Below, in pieces: positions 60,323-64,000 of a stretch of DNA of 64,000 bases. The notes below the pieces were generated by a model that was not told where the DNA came from, ran no database searches, and worked only from the letters and a program-made list of their open reading frames with translations. This DNA comes from Owenia fusiformis. Its lineage: Eukaryota. The translations under genes were made by a program, and so were the position numbers. The stretch is from assembly GCA_903813345.2 (NCBI GenBank), contig CAIIXF020000001.1:29016001-29080000 (forward strand), in the 5' to 3' direction. How positions within the stretch are numbered: the first letter of the stretch is position 1; each line of letters starts with the position of its first letter.

Positions 60323-62224
60323 TCTTTCTGTCCGATCAACAATAAGTACAGTTATACAAGAAATGTAAACGAAGTGAAAATATTCCCAAAATTTTTCCGA
60401 AAGGCATGTCATTTCCGGAAGTTATGATACGTTATATTACCGAACATGCGTGAAAATGGAACGTTTGTTCGTTCATTTTACGAGAGCTAAATAAATTGCG
60501 AACATCCAAGCATCAGGTATGACTCCACCATTGTTTGGCGTTTTACTACTTGCCACAATCAACCTCACTGCCAGGATATCAAACAAGGCCCATTTTCCAT
60601 CAAACTTGGCCCAACTACTATCAGGCGGATGTCCTTGAAAAATCAAGTTGACATGGTTACCAAAACCTAATAGTTGCCATGGCAACCATAGAAATGGGCT
60701 AAAAAAAGAGAGCAAAAAAACACCCAAACCCACCATAATGGCACTAATTTATAAAGTATTTCTAGATATACAAATTTTCTTAAACTTTGATATCATCTAG
60801 AACACTTGTCAAAAAATTTGGGGGTAGGTTTACCACTTCGATTTTTTTTCTAGGCTTGGTCAAAGTAAAACTACGAAAAAGCACTAATTTTACTTTTGAA
60901 TCACCTATTATCGCCCAAATGGCTATTATATTTTTTCAAGGTCAAGGTCGCCATGCTAAAAGTTGAATTACGGAGATAAATCTGCTCTTCAGACAATGTT
61001 TGATAGCTTTTCTTCACCACAAAACAAAGATCTTTGCGCTGGTATGCCAACTTCCATGAGATAATGTACGGGAAGGAGGAACTGTGTCTTTAAATGTCAT
61101 CAAAACTTTATGCCAACACGTGAAAAGGCCATTTTCGCACTACTTTTGGTGTAATAATGCCATCGAACAAACATTCCAATTCACCCATGTTCGGTAATAT
61201 AAGGTGTTATTACGGTAAATACCACTTCCGGGTGTTTTTTAAAACTTTAAAAACGAAGCTATGCGAACTTCAATGGTGTGTATAGTAGGTTTAAGTGTAT
61301 GTACTGTGGGCATTTGAGGTATGTATGTAAAGCAGGGGCCAAGTTCTTTTTAAATGTGCCATTTTTAGAAAAAAATCTCAAGAATATGGTCCCGTAAACA
61401 GGAACTACTTTATTCGTTAATTTTCATCGGTGAAGCAGAGATTTTACCTAAAAATAAGTCCCTATGTTGGCGTAGTGATATTTAAAAATCGAGACCCAAA
61501 CCCTATGTTAAATATAGTGTCGAGATGAAGGTTATGTATAGGGGATTGCAGAAATATAATCATTGTATGGGCTAATTCGTTCGAAAATGGCGATATGTAC
61601 CCCAGAAGGTGTGAGTACCGTAATCCAACACCAAATTCGAACAATACTTTACACATATGGCGTTCGTGATCAACTATAAAACGCTTACCCCCCATAGTGT
61701 TAGATATCAAAATGTACCTGTTCATATAGGGGTTCGATTGATCTACATCAAATTATAGGGAGTCCGGTTACTTTTTGAGATATCAGCGTCCATTTATTGT
61801 AACTCACGTTTGCTACCATTTCCTCAATTCTGAGATGACAGGCAACGCGTAGTAAACATGCTCACGCCGGAACTATATTTTGACCTACATCGCTATTTTC
61901 GTAATTTAAATGAAAGTTGAACTCCTCTATATTTCGATACAAAATAGTGGCATACTAGGTACCCTAGAAGTCAACTATGGCGTTATTTAGTACAAAACCA
62001 CAAGTTTTTAAATGGACTTTATACCTTTTGGCGGATGGATATGGAACCTCATACCAGAACTTGAATTTTGTGATTTTTTCAATATTTTTCAATGATTTAC
62101 CGTAGTGACACCCTAACGTATCATAACTTCCGGAATGACATGCCTTTCGGAAAATTTTTGGGAATATTTTCACTTCATTTACATTTCTTGTATAACTGTA
62201 CTTATTGTTGATCGGACGGAAAGA
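60323..62224. mobile_element. Unclassified element with ~110-bp TIRs
   Basis: 60323-60434 is the reverse complement of ~62114-62224. Confidence 0.75.
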
Positions 62225-62911
62225 TAAGCTGATGTAGTTATCGTTTACTACCATTTGGAAGGCACGTGAGGGTCCCATTCATCAGGTAACACTCATATGT
62301 CGAAGTTATTGGTACCTGTTACACTGCTTGGTTGAGTCTAACGAAGCATTTTTGTAACGAAAGTTAGCGAAAAAATTGTGTCCACACTGGCTTTATCCAA
62401 CCCTAACGAAGCAATTATTTGGTGTTACACTGCACTTAAAATGCTTCGTTGCGCGTGCGCATTACTCATCTGCCCCACCCACTTATTATGATTAATATTT
62501 TTATTCTTTTGATATAAACCATTGATCAAACTCAAAAATCTAATTTTTAATCTTTATTTTAACAAATCAGCACAGAAAAAGACTAGTTCAAAATTCTCGG
62601 GAAAATAAAACAAGATGAATGTGATCATTCCGTACACATGTCCATACATTTTTCCGATCATTTCAATTTTTATATATTTCAGCTGTCAATACGATTACAC
62701 GTATTGTTTTCATTTTCTATCATTTCCTTTGGAAAACATATGGAATAAAAATAGGCCTATGTTAATTAGTAGGAGGAATTGGATTCGGGGTTTATACAGA
62801 CGACTAGTACGTAATATCGTATAAAACGTTCAATTTCCAAATGGACTTCTCAGTTATATTTCAAACAGTGTAGCCATTACTAAAATATCTCGGTGTTCGG
62901 CTGGTGGTTTA

Positions 62912-63283
62912 ACCGTTAATTTGAATTTTCGACCTACCAGATGCTTGAAAATCAAGGATTGCTAGTCTCATACTGCAACGTTTTTCTTCAAACCTATACC
63001 ATTAAAAGCAAAACAAAATTGCCTTTCTGTCGGTGCATTACTTTATTGTAAAGAGTCCCTCGTTCTAGCAGCGTTTTGGTCCCCAGCTGTTAGAAGGCCT
63101 TCTTACCGCTGGGGACCAAAATGCCGCTGGAAGTAGGGACTCTGTTTAAGAGAATAATGTACCATCAGAAAGGGAGTTTTGTTATGCTTTGAATGGAACA
63201 AGTTTGAAGAAAAACGGTGCAGTATGAGACTCTTAATCCTTGATTTTCAAACATCCGGTGGGTCAAAAATTCAAATTAACGGT
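62912..63283. repeat. Fold-back repeat
   Basis: ACCGTTAATTTGAATTTT...AAAATTCAAATTAACGGT, self-complementary throughout. Confidence 0.75.
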
Positions 63284-64000
63284 CGAAGTTAGGACCGCGT
63301 GTAACTACTATTTCATGACCAATTCATTTTAATATGAATATTACCCGTCTCGCCAATACACCATGCATATTTGAGTGAGTTTGACATAAATTAGTATGTT
63401 AATCCATCAGCCGTCCGTTGAATTCGAAAATGGCGCAAATAGGAAGAAACTTGAATACCAGTTGTAAGCATCGTCTTACGACACATCAATAGTGATTGGG
63501 GCTGGCCTAAAACATGCAGCCTCTCTGTGGCAAATATCTGTCGACAAGAAACAATTTTGGCCACCGTTCCTTGTCCGCAGGTTTTACCGTATTTGTATAC
63601 GGAAGTTTTGAAACGTAATTAATTCAACATATTTAAACATGAAGTTTAAATTCAATTACAATTTAAAATCGTCGAGGAATAAAATAATGGAACGACTAGT
63701 ACAAGTACATGTATTGCAATGGGGCGATAGCCAGTTGAATACGATTTCTGAAGAGAGACATTTTCGAATCAATCAAATCGGCTATATTCCTGATATGATT
63801 CACCGAGAAGCAATTGTATCAGTATCATGGTATTAACACCTTTAGAATTACATTAAAGGTATAATTATTCGAGGCGCAAGAAAAAATTAATATTAAACAT
63901 GTATGCCACAACTTTCTATTTAGTAAGCATATCTTATGTAATTTCAAAAGTTTACCCTTCCACACTTGAGACGGAGTTTTCTGAAAGAGGGACATTTAAA

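Overview
AT-rich animal (invertebrate-like) genomic DNA. One host gene spans most of the window on the minus strand: a Domeless/gp130-like type I cytokine receptor (signal peptide, Ig-like domain, cytokine-binding module, FN3 repeats, TM helix, start of cytoplasmic tail). I reconstructed 14 phase-consistent coding exons between 43848 and 618; the 3' end lies outside the window. Its introns are packed with mobile DNA. The main finding is a 7,972-bp Polinton/Maverick-like element (32336-40307) with both ends intact (~253-bp TIRs, 6-bp TSD ATCAAT). It encodes a packaging ATPase, integrase, minor and major capsid, a core-like protein, an adenain-type protease and a small membrane protein, but no DNA polymerase or helicase, so it is a candidate helper-dependent satellite virus. 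Also present: a young non-autonomous Gmr1-type Gypsy LTR element (7200-12545) lacking RT/RNase H, a degenerate ISL2EU-like transposon with nested insertions, many MITEs, and duplicated, potentially alternative receptor exons. All calls come from manual reading and recalled family motifs; no database searches were run.
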